NCBI RefSeq assembly: GCF_006345805.1
Contig: NC_042997.1
Coordinates: forward strand, 117,242,001-117,306,000
DNA from: Octopus sinensis
Lineage: Eukaryota
Reading direction: 5' to 3'
Length of the DNA: 64,000 nt
Part shown: positions 52,544-64,000 of the stretch, in pieces
Layout: each line of letters begins with the position of its first letter
How positions within the stretch are numbered: position 1 is the stretch's first letter
Notes under the pieces: model-generated
Databases searched by the model: none
Told to the model about the DNA's origin: nothing
The model's input: only the letters and a program-made list of their open reading frames with translations
Translations under genes and position numbers: made by a program

Positions 52544-53746
52544 CGCACGCACACACAGAATTCGATGATCTTAAAGATATTCAAGACATTTTATTTTTCA
52601 ACCCAGAAATAAATAAGAAAGCTTAAATAATTAATGAAATAATTTAACATTTATCCTAAAGATACGAGTCATGTCTCAATGTGTCTTTAGTACATTCTAC
52701 GATAGTATGGTCGCTATTTATTTTGATATTCTGCGAGAGCTTATGCAGGGACGTAGATGTGGGAGAGGAAACAGCTCCACTTGATTACAGTTTTGCAGAT
52801 GGACGAATGGCAGAAGTTGTTAGTACTGTGATTAGGAACTAAGATACAAAAGGCGATAACGAGAAGAGATATTGATACATCTAGTTAGTCTGAACAGGAG
52901 AAATACGGAAATAAAATACAGCTGTGACATTAGAGAAGTGTATATATATTATATTGGTTCGAAGGAGAACAGTGTGGAATGAAAAGAATGTAAAGATGAT
53001 AATAGTAAAGGAAGTGACTACAGTTTGTTGGCTTGAAAGAGAGTATCTCTGAATTTATTATTTTATGGAAGCTGAAATATTTATAGTAACAGAAGAGAGG
53101 GAAGGCCTGGTGCAATGGCTGATTAGTAAATATAGCTCTTTGGTGAGCTATTAATTGGATTGCCTACGATTTTCAATGAGACAGAATATTTATGTGTTTA
53201 TGGGGCCTTACAACTTTTCAGCAATGCAAAAATGTGGGCTGTGCTTGTTTCATAGAATGAAGGATCCTCTGAAGTTTTTAGGAGAGCAAAAATTGCAAAG
53301 CTAAACATGATAGCTAACAGCGTGACGCAAAAAATGATGTTTAATTAAATGAAATTAACACATGCAACGAGAAGAGAAATATTATTAGTGTTAATGTTAA
53401 TTTTTATTAAGTGGAACAAGGAAAAGAACTCTGAAATTTACATTGAATAAAAATTAGATTGAGATGTGATGGTTGGTGAACCAGGTCTTCGATAATTGAT
53501 GTCACAACAGTTGACATCTTTCTCTCTTATTTCACCTCTTTAATATAACTTCTAGACAAAATACTGTATTCTCTCAAAATCATTCAAATTTTAGAGAATA
53601 TAGTATTTTGTGCGAAATACTGAATACACTGTGTTTAAGAGACGTACATTCATACACACATACACACATACGTACATGCATATATATGTATGTGAACATA
53701 CATTCATGCATATATACATATATATTCACATACATATATACATGCA

Positions 53747-53784
<38 letters not shown>

Positions 53785-54708
53785 AGTGTATTCTTTATTT
53801 TTGTACACTTTCATAAGAACGGAAGTAATTTCACCGAAAGTATACCTAGAAACACATTTTAAATTATGACTTTTGCTGCTAATATAATCATCGATCGCTT
53901 TAATTTTCTGTGTAGCTTTTAACTTCCAAATTATATGCTTGCTTATTTACTCTTTGTAGGTCAGCTTTTACATTTATCCAGACAAAATATATACATTTCT
54001 TAGAAAGGATATCAATTACCTTTACATCTATGGCAAAACGCATTGCCAGCTTGCTTGGCAAACTAACTGCCCATTCATCAAAACTAATTTATTAGTCTTT
54101 CTCGTATATTAAAAGCAACGCGCATAATATTTGTCAGTTAATGGATTCAGTCCAACAGAAATGTTTTTGTTCTTTCTATTTTAGTTTTTCGTTAATTTTT
54201 ATATTAAGCTGATGATGATACTGATAAAAGTAACAAGAAATAACATATGGATTATATTTAATTTTACTTTATATAATTTCTTCCTCCGTGTTTTTATTTA
54301 TGAAATGAACGAATCTTGTATAGATTCAATGACTATGTTTTCAAATGGATTTTATTTCGCCCAAAGTATATTATATCTCTGGATAAGTAAATCAATCGCT
54401 GGAACCAGATTTCAGCCGAAGTATTATGCTCAGGTTATCGATTCCAAATACTTTTCTTGACAAATAGATTCACAATCACTGCCAAAAGAAAATATTTTTG
54501 TTTCGTAAATTTGTTGTCGATAATTCACCTTTTATCATGAGATTTACTTTTCTGTCGACGTTGATTGTATATCTATTCATTCTAAAGTGTCTGTGACTCC
54601 GAGCACTCGGAATACAAATAAATTTGGGCGAATCTTTGTTAAAGAAATCTGTCAATGAATTACCAAAACCAATTATTCAGTTTCTTTTTCCACATATAAT
54701 ATATATAT

Positions 54709-54741
<33 letters not shown>

Positions 54742-56072
54742 TGGGGACAAACGCACTATCTATTTGATCTTCACTTTAGTATTGTTATTATTATTGGTTT
54801 AGTTGTCAGAGATCTTTCGTCCTACTTTCTGTGACCTCTTCTATCTGTTCTTCGTGTCACCTTTTCTTCGAATCTTCATACGTTAGAAAAACAAGATGTA
54901 ATGTTTCCTAACATGTTTTAAGAGATGTTTATTTTCCCTTAAGGACAAACCATAAGAAATATGTAGATACATTTCAGTATTTCTTCTGTTACAATTTTAT
55001 CCAATTCTACATTAATAAAAGACTAGATATTATGTCTCAGTTTCTCGACTATCACCCTCTACCAACAATGAACATGTTCCTCCCATCATACTTTAACTTC
55101 TCAATATCTATACCTGCTACATTTCCTCCCGATATCGCTTACTTTCATGGAAGCTCTTTCATCACGCAAGTTACAGGAAGACTTTACCTCTGTAGGTGTC
55201 ACGAAAACACTGCACCTTGTAGACTCTGTAAAGGAGATGCCATCAGGGATGGCACCCAGCCGTAGGCACCATGCCAAATCCGACATATTGGAGCAAGACC
55301 ATTGGCTGACTGACCTTTTGGATCTTGATGAACTATCCACCCTATACCACCGTGGAAAACGAACGTATGATGATGATGGTGATGATGACATCGACGACGA
55401 TGATAATTCTAGCATTAAGAGGAGCGGTAAATAACACCAGATAGATATGATGCTTAATCTAATCCCATCTCAAGAACGAGGATCCAATTCAACCCCCCCA
55501 CCTCCAATATTATAGCGAGTTCTCTAAGATGTCTATAAGTGTTCCACCTTCACTTCTAGGCAGCCCATTCTTGTCGAGTATTATTCAAAACAATGTTTTC
55601 TCCTGAGATATTTCCGTAAAATATAATTCCAGTTTCCTTGACATTTCAACAATACATTACGTGATAATATCTCTGTAATATTTCAGCTAAGTTTTATAGC
55701 AGACTCTTTCCTACAGCCTTTCATCGAAGACACTTTTATAGTATCTCCCCGTACAAAAAAAATAACTAATTGTTGAAAGCATACAACTACTAACATTGAT
55801 ATTAAAAAAAATGAAATATTTAAACTAACATTATTTATCTCTTCATTGAATTATAATAGCTGTTTTATGTTTATGTTTGGTAATATATCTCCACAAAAAA
55901 AAGCGTTGGCATAATTTAGGTATACATTTAAGACCAAATAGGGAATTCGAAAATAACATTTCATATAAATACACGATAAACAGTTTCACTAGCTTTACAT
56001 TGGCTTTCATCTGCCTGTTTTGTTGGTATTTTGTTTTCTGGATAAATTACATTGCTTTTCCCAGTTCTCTTA

Positions 56073-56455
56073 TCTCTATATATATGAAGCTGAAGTTGTC
56101 TGTGTATGGCAGGTTTGGTAGCCTTCAACTAACACTATCTCGTCAGAGACCCTGCGGCACAAGTTGATCAAAATTGAGAGTATGATAGAAGAAGACTTGC
56201 TCTACCTTCCGTAGAAGAAAACATTCAAATCGGACCATGTTAACACCAAAAATTATTTACATCAAAACGGTGCTTTTTTTCTATGAAAATCCCTATTTTT
56301 TGCGATTTTTTGACTGCTCTGTCGTCATTTTTTTAAGTGAATTTCAACCAGAAAAATGGTCACTTAAAGAGAATAACAAGCTACATACTTTTCAATTCCA
56401 ATCCTAAAGGGTCGAAAAGAAAACAAGCCCGAGCAACGCTGGGCTATACTGCAAG
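56073..56455 (+). mobile_element. Non-autonomous Helitron-like element
   Basis: 5' end A|TC, subterminal hairpin GCCCGAGC-AAC-GCTGGGC, then CAAG|T (CTAG variant). No TSD. Confidence 0.55.
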
Positions 56456-57604
56456 TATATTATAAAATGCGTTTATAACAGACAATCTTGTTCCAAACCC
56501 ATCAACTCTGAGCATGGAATACTGCTAGAAGTGACAGTAAAAATCATTTATAAATCACACTTTTACCATCTAAATATTCAGTATGTAAAACGTTGATTGA
56601 GATCATCGACGCTGCTACTAACTTCGTGCAACAGGCCTCGATTGGAGTTTACCTGGTGTTAAAGAACTGAAACGCAGAAAGATCGATAAATACTACGTGA
56701 CAGTCGACTGCTCTATTGTTTTTAACCTATGTATGTGTATAGCTGTATACAGGAAGCACTCCATCGGTAACGACGACGAGTGTCCAGTTGACCCAATCAA
56801 CAGAATAGCCTGCTCGCGAAATTAAGGTGCAGGTGGTTGAGCGCTCCACAGACACCCGTACCCTTAATGTATTTCTCAGGAAGTTTCAGCGTGACACAGA
56901 ATGTGACAAGGCTGGTCCGTTTGAAATACAGGTACAACTCATTATGCCATCTGAGTGCACTGGAGCAACGTGAAATAAAGTCTCTTGCTCAATGACAGAA
57001 CGGGCTGCCGAGAACCGAACCCACGACCTTACGACCGTGAGCCGAATACCCTAAAAACTAAACCACGTGCACACATACATATGTACTTGTGTGTATATGC
57101 ATGTGTTTATATTTGTCTATATATGGCTCAATGCATACATTGTGTGTATGTGTGTGGATGTGTGTATATAAAACGTATATTTTCGTATAATACTTACACC
57201 TGTGCGTAATTTTTGTAGCCATACACGCCTGTGTGTGTATAATTGATATGTATGTTTATATGTAGAAAGAAATGTCGGGAGAAGAGAAGGAGAACGATAA
57301 AACAAATGTGCTGACAGATAAGTAATTGTATACTCTGGCGGATAGACGACTAGATAGAGCACAAGTAAACAGATATGCAGGTTGGTGAGTGAGAATATAC
57401 AGGGTGTTCAAAAAGTCTCTCCGCGGTAAGTATTTCATTGCAAAATAAATATTTATAAGATAGTATGACTACAAAAGAATATATTAGACTTTACAAGACA
57501 TTTTGGCTCAGAGCTGAAACAAGTTCAAAGCGCCGCTAAGCATTTTGCCCAGCGCCATGAGGATTCTGCCGGCTCACCGCCTTAAATACCATTTTATATA
57601 TTAA

Positions 57605-57695
57605 CTAGCACTATGACCCGGCAACTGGTCGCGGAGAAAAGATTCTCGCTTAACACAAATAGGTGTTAGAACACAATAGTATGTTTGTGCGCGCT

Positions 57696-57726
<31 letters not shown>

Positions 57727-57900
57727 GTTATATTACCAAGGCTCCCATGTGGAAGGCTTGATAATTGTTGAGAGATTTTTCTCCTCATGAAACCATTGGT
57801 GACCTTGTTAACCCACAAATAAAGAATATGTATCTATACAATGCGGTGTTAAGCGCCGCTCATTCTCTCATGTCGACATTACTGTGTGTGTGTGTGTGTG
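57605..57900 (-). mobile_element. Helitron-like 3' end
   Basis: Minus strand GACC..GGTC hairpin followed by ATAGTG-CTAG|T. The 5' boundary is uncertain. Confidence 0.4.
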
Positions 57901-57906
57901 TGTGTT

Positions 57907-57944
<38 letters not shown>

Positions 57945-57959
57945 TATATATATATAATT

Positions 57960-58974
57960 TTAATCCAAAAGGGAAACAAAAAAACAACAACAACAGGAAC
58001 AATTACAGTATTATTATTAATAGGCGCTCAGGAGATGGAAGCAGGGAGGTATGACGTTTCGAGCGGAGCTCTTCGTCGGAAACATAAAGAAGGAAGAGAG
58101 AGGAAAGAAAGATCCCAGAGCGGGCAACAGGGAAAGAGAAAAAAGACGACTGGTGTTTACGAGTTGCACATGGTGAAAGGCGGATGTTGACGATAACAAG
58201 AGCAAAGTGGGTTTTTAAAGGCAAAAGAGTGGAGACAAGGTTGGTAACCCAACAGATGTGTGTGTATGTGTGAGTGTGTGCGTGTGCGTGTGTGTATGTG
58301 TGTGTGTGAGGCGAGATGAAAAAACAAAAAAAATATGTGTGTGTTAGTGTGTGCGTCTGTGTGTAGGCGTGTGGGGTAGGGCGAGACGAGTGGTCAGCTA
58401 GCAGACGAGGTCAGTAGTAAGAAAAAGAAGGAAGGAGGAAGGGAGGTCAGTAGTAAGAAAAAGAAGGAAGGAGGAAGGGAGGGAGGGGAAGGGGTGGGGG
58501 CGTATGTAGCGTGCCAGCGTGTGTTGAGTAGTAGTGTGTGTGTGTGTCCAGTGTCGTGGTGGTATTAATGGCGAGTAGATTGAATGTGTGCAAGAGTGAT
58601 GTATATATATAGGCAAGGTGTGTATATGTGTGCGCGTGTGTGTAACGAAAAAGGGGGGGGGGTTAAGGAAAAAGGACTCCAGCTGAGGGGAAAATGGAAG
58701 AGTGGTACCGCGGAGACAGGCGTGGGAAAACCCAACGACACGCGACGGTCCCAGGAACAGGCGGGAGGTCTCGTCTATACAGGGAAAGTTTACGAAAAAA
58801 GCAAAAGACGAAGGCTGGTGGTGTACAAAACAAACAGATGTATTAGTATAACGCTCAGGAATAAAAAAAAAAAGTCTTTTATGTTTCGAGCCTACGCTCT
58901 TCTACAGAAAGGGACACAGAAAAAACAAGGAGAGAAAAAAATGTGTGTAGTGGCTAACGATCTATCATGGTGAC

Positions 58975-58975
<1 letters not shown>
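57960..58975 (-). mobile_element. Two adjacent PLE 3'-UTR/pLTR fragments (57960-58780 and 58780-58975), each with an HHR-like motif
   Basis: 58049-58083 on the minus strand: CCGACGAAGAGCTCCGCTCGAAACGTC. 58780-58975 aligns with 15670-15875. (TA)n on both sides. Confidence 0.65.
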
Positions 58976-59005
<30 letters not shown>

Positions 59006-59009
59006 GTTG

Positions 59010-59395
59010 TTTTATCCTTTTACATGTGTCAGTCATTTGATTGCGGCCATGCTGGAGCACCGCCTTTTAGTCGAACAAATCGACCTCAGGACTTATTTTT
59101 TGTAAGCCTAGTACTTATTCTATCGTTTTCTTTTACCGAACCGCTAAGTTACAGGAATGTAAAAGCGTCGATTGTCAAGCGATGGTGGGGCGTCAAACAT
59201 ACAAACATACATACACACATACATACGACGGGCTTCTTTCAGTTTCCGTCTACCAAATCCACTCGTAATGCTTCAGTCAGCCAGAGGCTATAGTAGAAGA
59301 CAGTTGCCCAAAGTGCCACACAGGGGGACTCGACCCGGAACCATGTGTTTTGGTTGGGAAGCAGGCTTCTTACCACACAGCCAGTCCTGCGCCCA
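59010..59395 (-). mobile_element. SINE family B
   Basis: Homologous to the other copies. Further partial copies at 60060-60220 and 62510-62910 (+). Confidence 0.8.
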
Positions 59396-62300
59396 TATAT
59401 ATATATATATAACACAGCCTACTGTCCAGTTGTAGATCAGACAATTTACTACGGTGATTATATAACGAATCTATTCAATTGACACGGCCTATTTCATTGA
59501 CATGGTGAAGAGATGTCGAAGAGGAGGAATTTATCTTTCTGAAACCTAAAATTCATTAATGCTAGCCTTAAGCACTAATCTTCTGATATTGATTTCTTAC
59601 CTATACAGAAGACACTACTGTTAGAAAGGGAAACGTTTGATTGTGTGACATGCATGCCATTCTGAATAAAACTACAGAGATAAGTGAGATAAAAATGGCT
59701 GCAACGGGAAATCAAGACTACATCGCAGATTCGATTTAATGGTAAATTGCTTTTAATTTACGATACAACAATAATCTTGTGTAGTAACCGACACGAATTC
59801 TATGAAATGTACTTTTGTTATAATATATAACCTTCAGCGACAACGTTTTATTTAAATAAAACTTTAAATATAAAGAGTTCCTGCTTTGCAAAGTAATTCT
59901 CTACATTGTTCAGAAAACACATTTTGCGGCAAGTTTACAGTCGACTATATCGACTTGTTACTTGATTAAATTTTATTTCCTATAACCGAGAACGATGTGA
60001 GATACACTTGATCCTAACAATATTTAATCTCAGCATGTAAAAGAACTGTCATGCTTGAGTGAACTTAACTGTTCGGCAAAAGGGACCGATAGAATAAGTA
60101 CCAGACTTTACAAACCAAAATATTAAGTACTAGGATCGATTCGTTCGACTAAAATTCTTCAGGGCGATGCCCCAGCATGGCCGCAGTCTAATGGCTGAAA
60201 CAAGTAAAAGATAAAAGATGTCTCCAAAATATATATTAATGTTACGATGTATACATGAAAAACGATTGTAACCATTTACAAACGTCTATTAAAAGTATTA
60301 ATAAAATAAATGCGCCCTTTTAAAGCCTAGTCATGCTCATGGGCCGGGTTTCTCGGTTTCTATGGCGTATGTGTTCCCCTGCTGGACGGGACGCCAGTCC
60401 ATCGCAACGTTACTCATTTTTGCCAGCTGAATGGACTGGAGCAACTTGAAATGAAGTGTTTTGCTCAAGAACACAACGCGTCGCCCAGTCCAGGAATCGA
60501 AACCACAATTTTACGATCATGGTGCTGATATCCTAACCACTAAGCCACGCGCATCCACATTAAAAATATTACTTCATTAAAATTCATAACATTTTGTACA
60601 ACTTTCTATTGAGCCACATTTCTGGCTAAAGTGAACTGTGGAAAGGTTCTGACACCAGTCGTAGGAAAACTCTAAGATAGTTTAAGTTATATATGTTCAA
60701 ACAAGCTTATTATTAGACCGTCCGTCGTTGTCGACGATGACCAGGGCATGGTGTGTCCGTAGGCAGAGCACAGTGTGTCCGGCCGTGGCTAATTTGTCCG
60801 ATGCGTACTCCAACGACTCTGTTGCAGGTCAGGTACTGGTTGTCTGTTGGGTCTGAAAGCAAGGAGCTGTCTCTGGACTTGCGTAGTTCACGTTTTCTGG
60901 TCACAAATTATTCAAATGTCCCTCTCTCATTCGGCAATCAATAAGTTTCAAACGTGGTTACATTCATAACTTCACGATTAGTTCTTTACAGGAATTTCCC
61001 TTAAAGTCGTTCAAAACCTTTTCGATAGTGATCCACCTCAGCCAAAGTCACATGTTCTTTGAATCGTTATAAACTTTTATAAAGTAATATTTATATTTGT
61101 TTTAAGTGGTGTTATTTGTTTATACACTGTGATATGACCGCATGTGGGACAAGTACTATCTGCCAAATTGTTTTCAATATTCGTGATCCGACCTAATCTA
61201 ACCGTAATGTATAAAAGAAAGATTTATTCATTATCAGATCAGTCGTCTGAAAATCGGAAACGAGATACTCAGAGGAAAAGGACAAATTTAAATTATCATA
61301 AAGTATGAGTTAAACATAAAGGAGAAGATAGATCGAAAATGCAAGAAAGAACAGCAAGAAGCTGCAACCAAGAACTGTAGATTAATTGAAGGAAAGGAAA
61401 AATGAACGTTTGTAATAGCTGAAATAGCTGTAAGTGTATACATATATTTGCATAGCAATTGGTAATTTATGTATGTGAAACTTTTCTGTATCAATTCATG
61501 ATCAACAAGCTGTGCCAAATAAATGGTACGGCTACGTATTTTATATCATCGTCTGTTGTGGATATAATTATCATAAAATCTATTGTTACATCAAAGATCC
61601 AATATTGATACACCGACTTAATAACATGATCTATCTTGCAACCTCGCTTCACGTCGTTATACACAACGTTTGCAGTATCGAGTCTTTAACTAAAAATCGA
61701 TGCTGAGCACAATATTTTATTCGTAGACCGATATTATACGACAGGAAGCAGTTATAAAATGCCTTAAAACATTAAACAAAATGTTTCCTTTACTATTTCT
61801 TTGGGAAGATTCTGTTCAATAATTCTATATTTCCTTATATCTCTGCGAAACCTGCTGAGTTCTGTGGTTCGTGTACCGAATCGCTTGTTTAATCAATAAA
61901 TTGTCAGATACTTTATTTCAGTGTTTACACGGAGTCCAAAAACAACTACAAGATTATTTGTATAGTTATAACTAATTTAATACAATGAATGTTATTAATG
62001 CGATGTACTAAGAAAGCCAAATCTGATAAGCTAATGTCAAATATTCGGACAAAATGCCTTGTGGTATTTAGATGCGACCCTTGACGTCTAGAGCCGGAAA
62101 TCCCACCGAGATTACCTTTACCTTTCATCATCTCACGCTCGAAAACTAAGATAAAAGTGAACTGAAATGGGATATAATCTTATCCCTTCCCACAAAATGC
62201 GTGGGTTTTGCGTCAGTATTACACATCAAATATATTCGAATATTTGTTATTGATTAACCTGTGATCGAACAAATGTCTGGTATACAAGTAGTTATTCGAA

Positions 62301-63059
62301 ATTCATTAGACTCTTTCCAGCACAAACCATCCGGTCTCTAGGCAAATGAATTCAATGCTGCATTATCCGGTGTTCATCCCTACCTTAAGATGATAGAATG
62401 TTAACTCAAGCAATTCTTTCGAGCGCGTAGAAGCACTCACGTTGTCACACTCGGAGATATTTTCTCAGAAGAGTATTAACAGTTTTATATTGGTTGCAGG
62501 ATTCTTATGGGGGCAGTCATGACTGGGTGGTTATGAAACTCGCATTGCAACCACGTAGTTTTGGGTTCGATCTCACTGCGCGGCACCTTGGACAAGTGTC
62601 TTATAATATAGCACCGGACCAACAATACGTAGTGATTGAGCTCGGTACGCGGAAACTGTGTCGAAGCCAGTCGTATATACTTATGTGTGTGGGAGAGAGT
62701 ACACCTGTGTGTATATTGAGTGTGTCTGGTCTATGTTTGTTTCCTCCCCGCTGGTGTTGGTTTGTTTATGTCCCTGTAATCTAACGTTTCGCCAAAAAAA
62801 TATTAACGATCGAGGAAGTACCAGACTCTAAAAAAGGTTGTTTTGTTCGACTAAACACTTCAAGGTGCTGCCCCAGCATGGCTGCTGTCCAATGCTTCAA
62901 ATAAGTCAAACGAATCACTTCCTTGTGTTTTAATATAAACCATTGAATAAGAATGAACCATCATTTTACTGATTTCTTTAAAATAAAAACGAATTATCAT
63001 TGCCACTTCCTATCAACAGAATGCTCAGTGTCAAAATATTCTACTGCACATGGGATCGA

Positions 63060-63438
63060 GTGGCACTCCGTCGGTTGCGACGACGAGGGTTCCAGTTGAT
63101 CCGATCAACGGAACAGCCTGCTCGTGAGATTAACGTGTAAATGGCTGAGCATTCCACAGACACGTGTACACTTAACGTAGTTCTCAGGGAGATTCAGCGT
63201 GTCACACAGTGTGACAAGACTGGCCCTTTGAAATACACGCACAACAAAAACAGGAAGAGGAGTGAAAGAATGTTGTGGCGAAAGAGTACAGCAGGGTTCG
63301 CCACCACCCACTGCCGGAGCCTTGTGGAGCTTTAGGTATTTTCGCTCAATAAATACTCACAATGCCCGGTATATGATCGAAACTGCGATCCCACGACCCC
63401 GAGTCCGCTGCCCAAATCGCTAGGCCATTGTGCCTCCA
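63060..63438 (-). mobile_element. SINE family C
   Basis: Homologous to 35150-35532. Related minus-strand SINEs at 10075-10295, 56755-57072 and 60310-60560. Confidence 0.8.
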
Positions 63439-63467
63439 CATATAGTATCATTACGACCATGAACAAG

Positions 63468-63873
63468 ACAGCGTGATGGCAGAATCGTTAGCGCACCGGG
63501 AGAATGCTTAGTGGCACTTCGTCCGTCTTAAAGACGTTCTGAGTTCAAAATTCCGCTGAGGTCGAGTTCGCCTCCCATCCTTCCGGAGCCGATAAATTAT
63601 GTACCAGTTGAGTACTGGGGCCTATGCAACCGACTATTCTCCTGCCCCACATTTCAGGCCTTGTGTCTATAGTAGAAAAGTATCCTTAGCACACCGAAAA
63701 AATTGCGTAGCGGCATTTCGTCCGGCTTAAACTTCTGAGTTCAAATTCCACCAAAATTGACTTTCATCCCTTTCGGTGTCGATAAAATACATACCAGTTC
63801 AACACTGGGGTCGAACTAATCCACTTATCCCTTTCCCCAAAATTGCGGACTTTGTGCCAAAATTTGAAACCAG
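63468..63873 (+). mobile_element. SINE family A dimer
   Basis: Same two-unit, two-tail order as 757-1190. Confidence 0.75.
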
Positions 63874-64000
63874 TATATATCACTCATCTTAAAGCACAAT
63901 ATTAACGTATCTGATTGCTCCCAATTGTAAGGCTGTGAGTTCGATTCCCAACAGCTCATTGTGTCCTTGGACAAGACGCTTCATTTCACTCAACGGGCAA

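Noticed and set aside
57398-57430. Tc1/mariner-like terminus TA-CAGGGTGTTCAAAAAG
   Set aside because: No matching second TIR was found nearby.
60829-60944. Possible next TRPC exon (ttgcag|VRYWLSVGSE...)
   Set aside because: No match to the expected V.ELLL..DALL.AI ankyrin continuation and no convincing donor.

Overview
This is eukaryotic, AT-rich, microsatellite-dense DNA. The SINE repertoire and (TA)n/(CA)n/(GATA)n load suggest an octopus (inference). Almost the whole window is intronic sequence of one + strand gene encoding a TRPC-family channel. A probable first coding exon (7384-7464) joins in phase 0 to an ankyrin-repeat exon (39518-39676); no later exon was found. The introns hold three tRNA-derived SINE families, CR1/L2-like, RTE and L1-Tx1 LINE fragments, two Penelope-like elements (PLEs; Neptune-like and Naiad-like), a hAT MITE, Helitron-like elements and several long foldbacks. 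Notable signals: (1) about ten hammerhead-ribozyme (HHR) motifs, some with long stem II inserts and some in inverted-repeat pairs, three of them on the host sense strand; (2) a (GATA)n-associated Tx1 LINE that shares its 3' tail with the commonest SINE; (3) a CR1/L2-like LINE that shares its 3' stem-loop with a second SINE family. Most ORFs in the supplied track are microsatellite or SINE artefacts. Coordinates were read by eye, so repeat boundaries are approximate.
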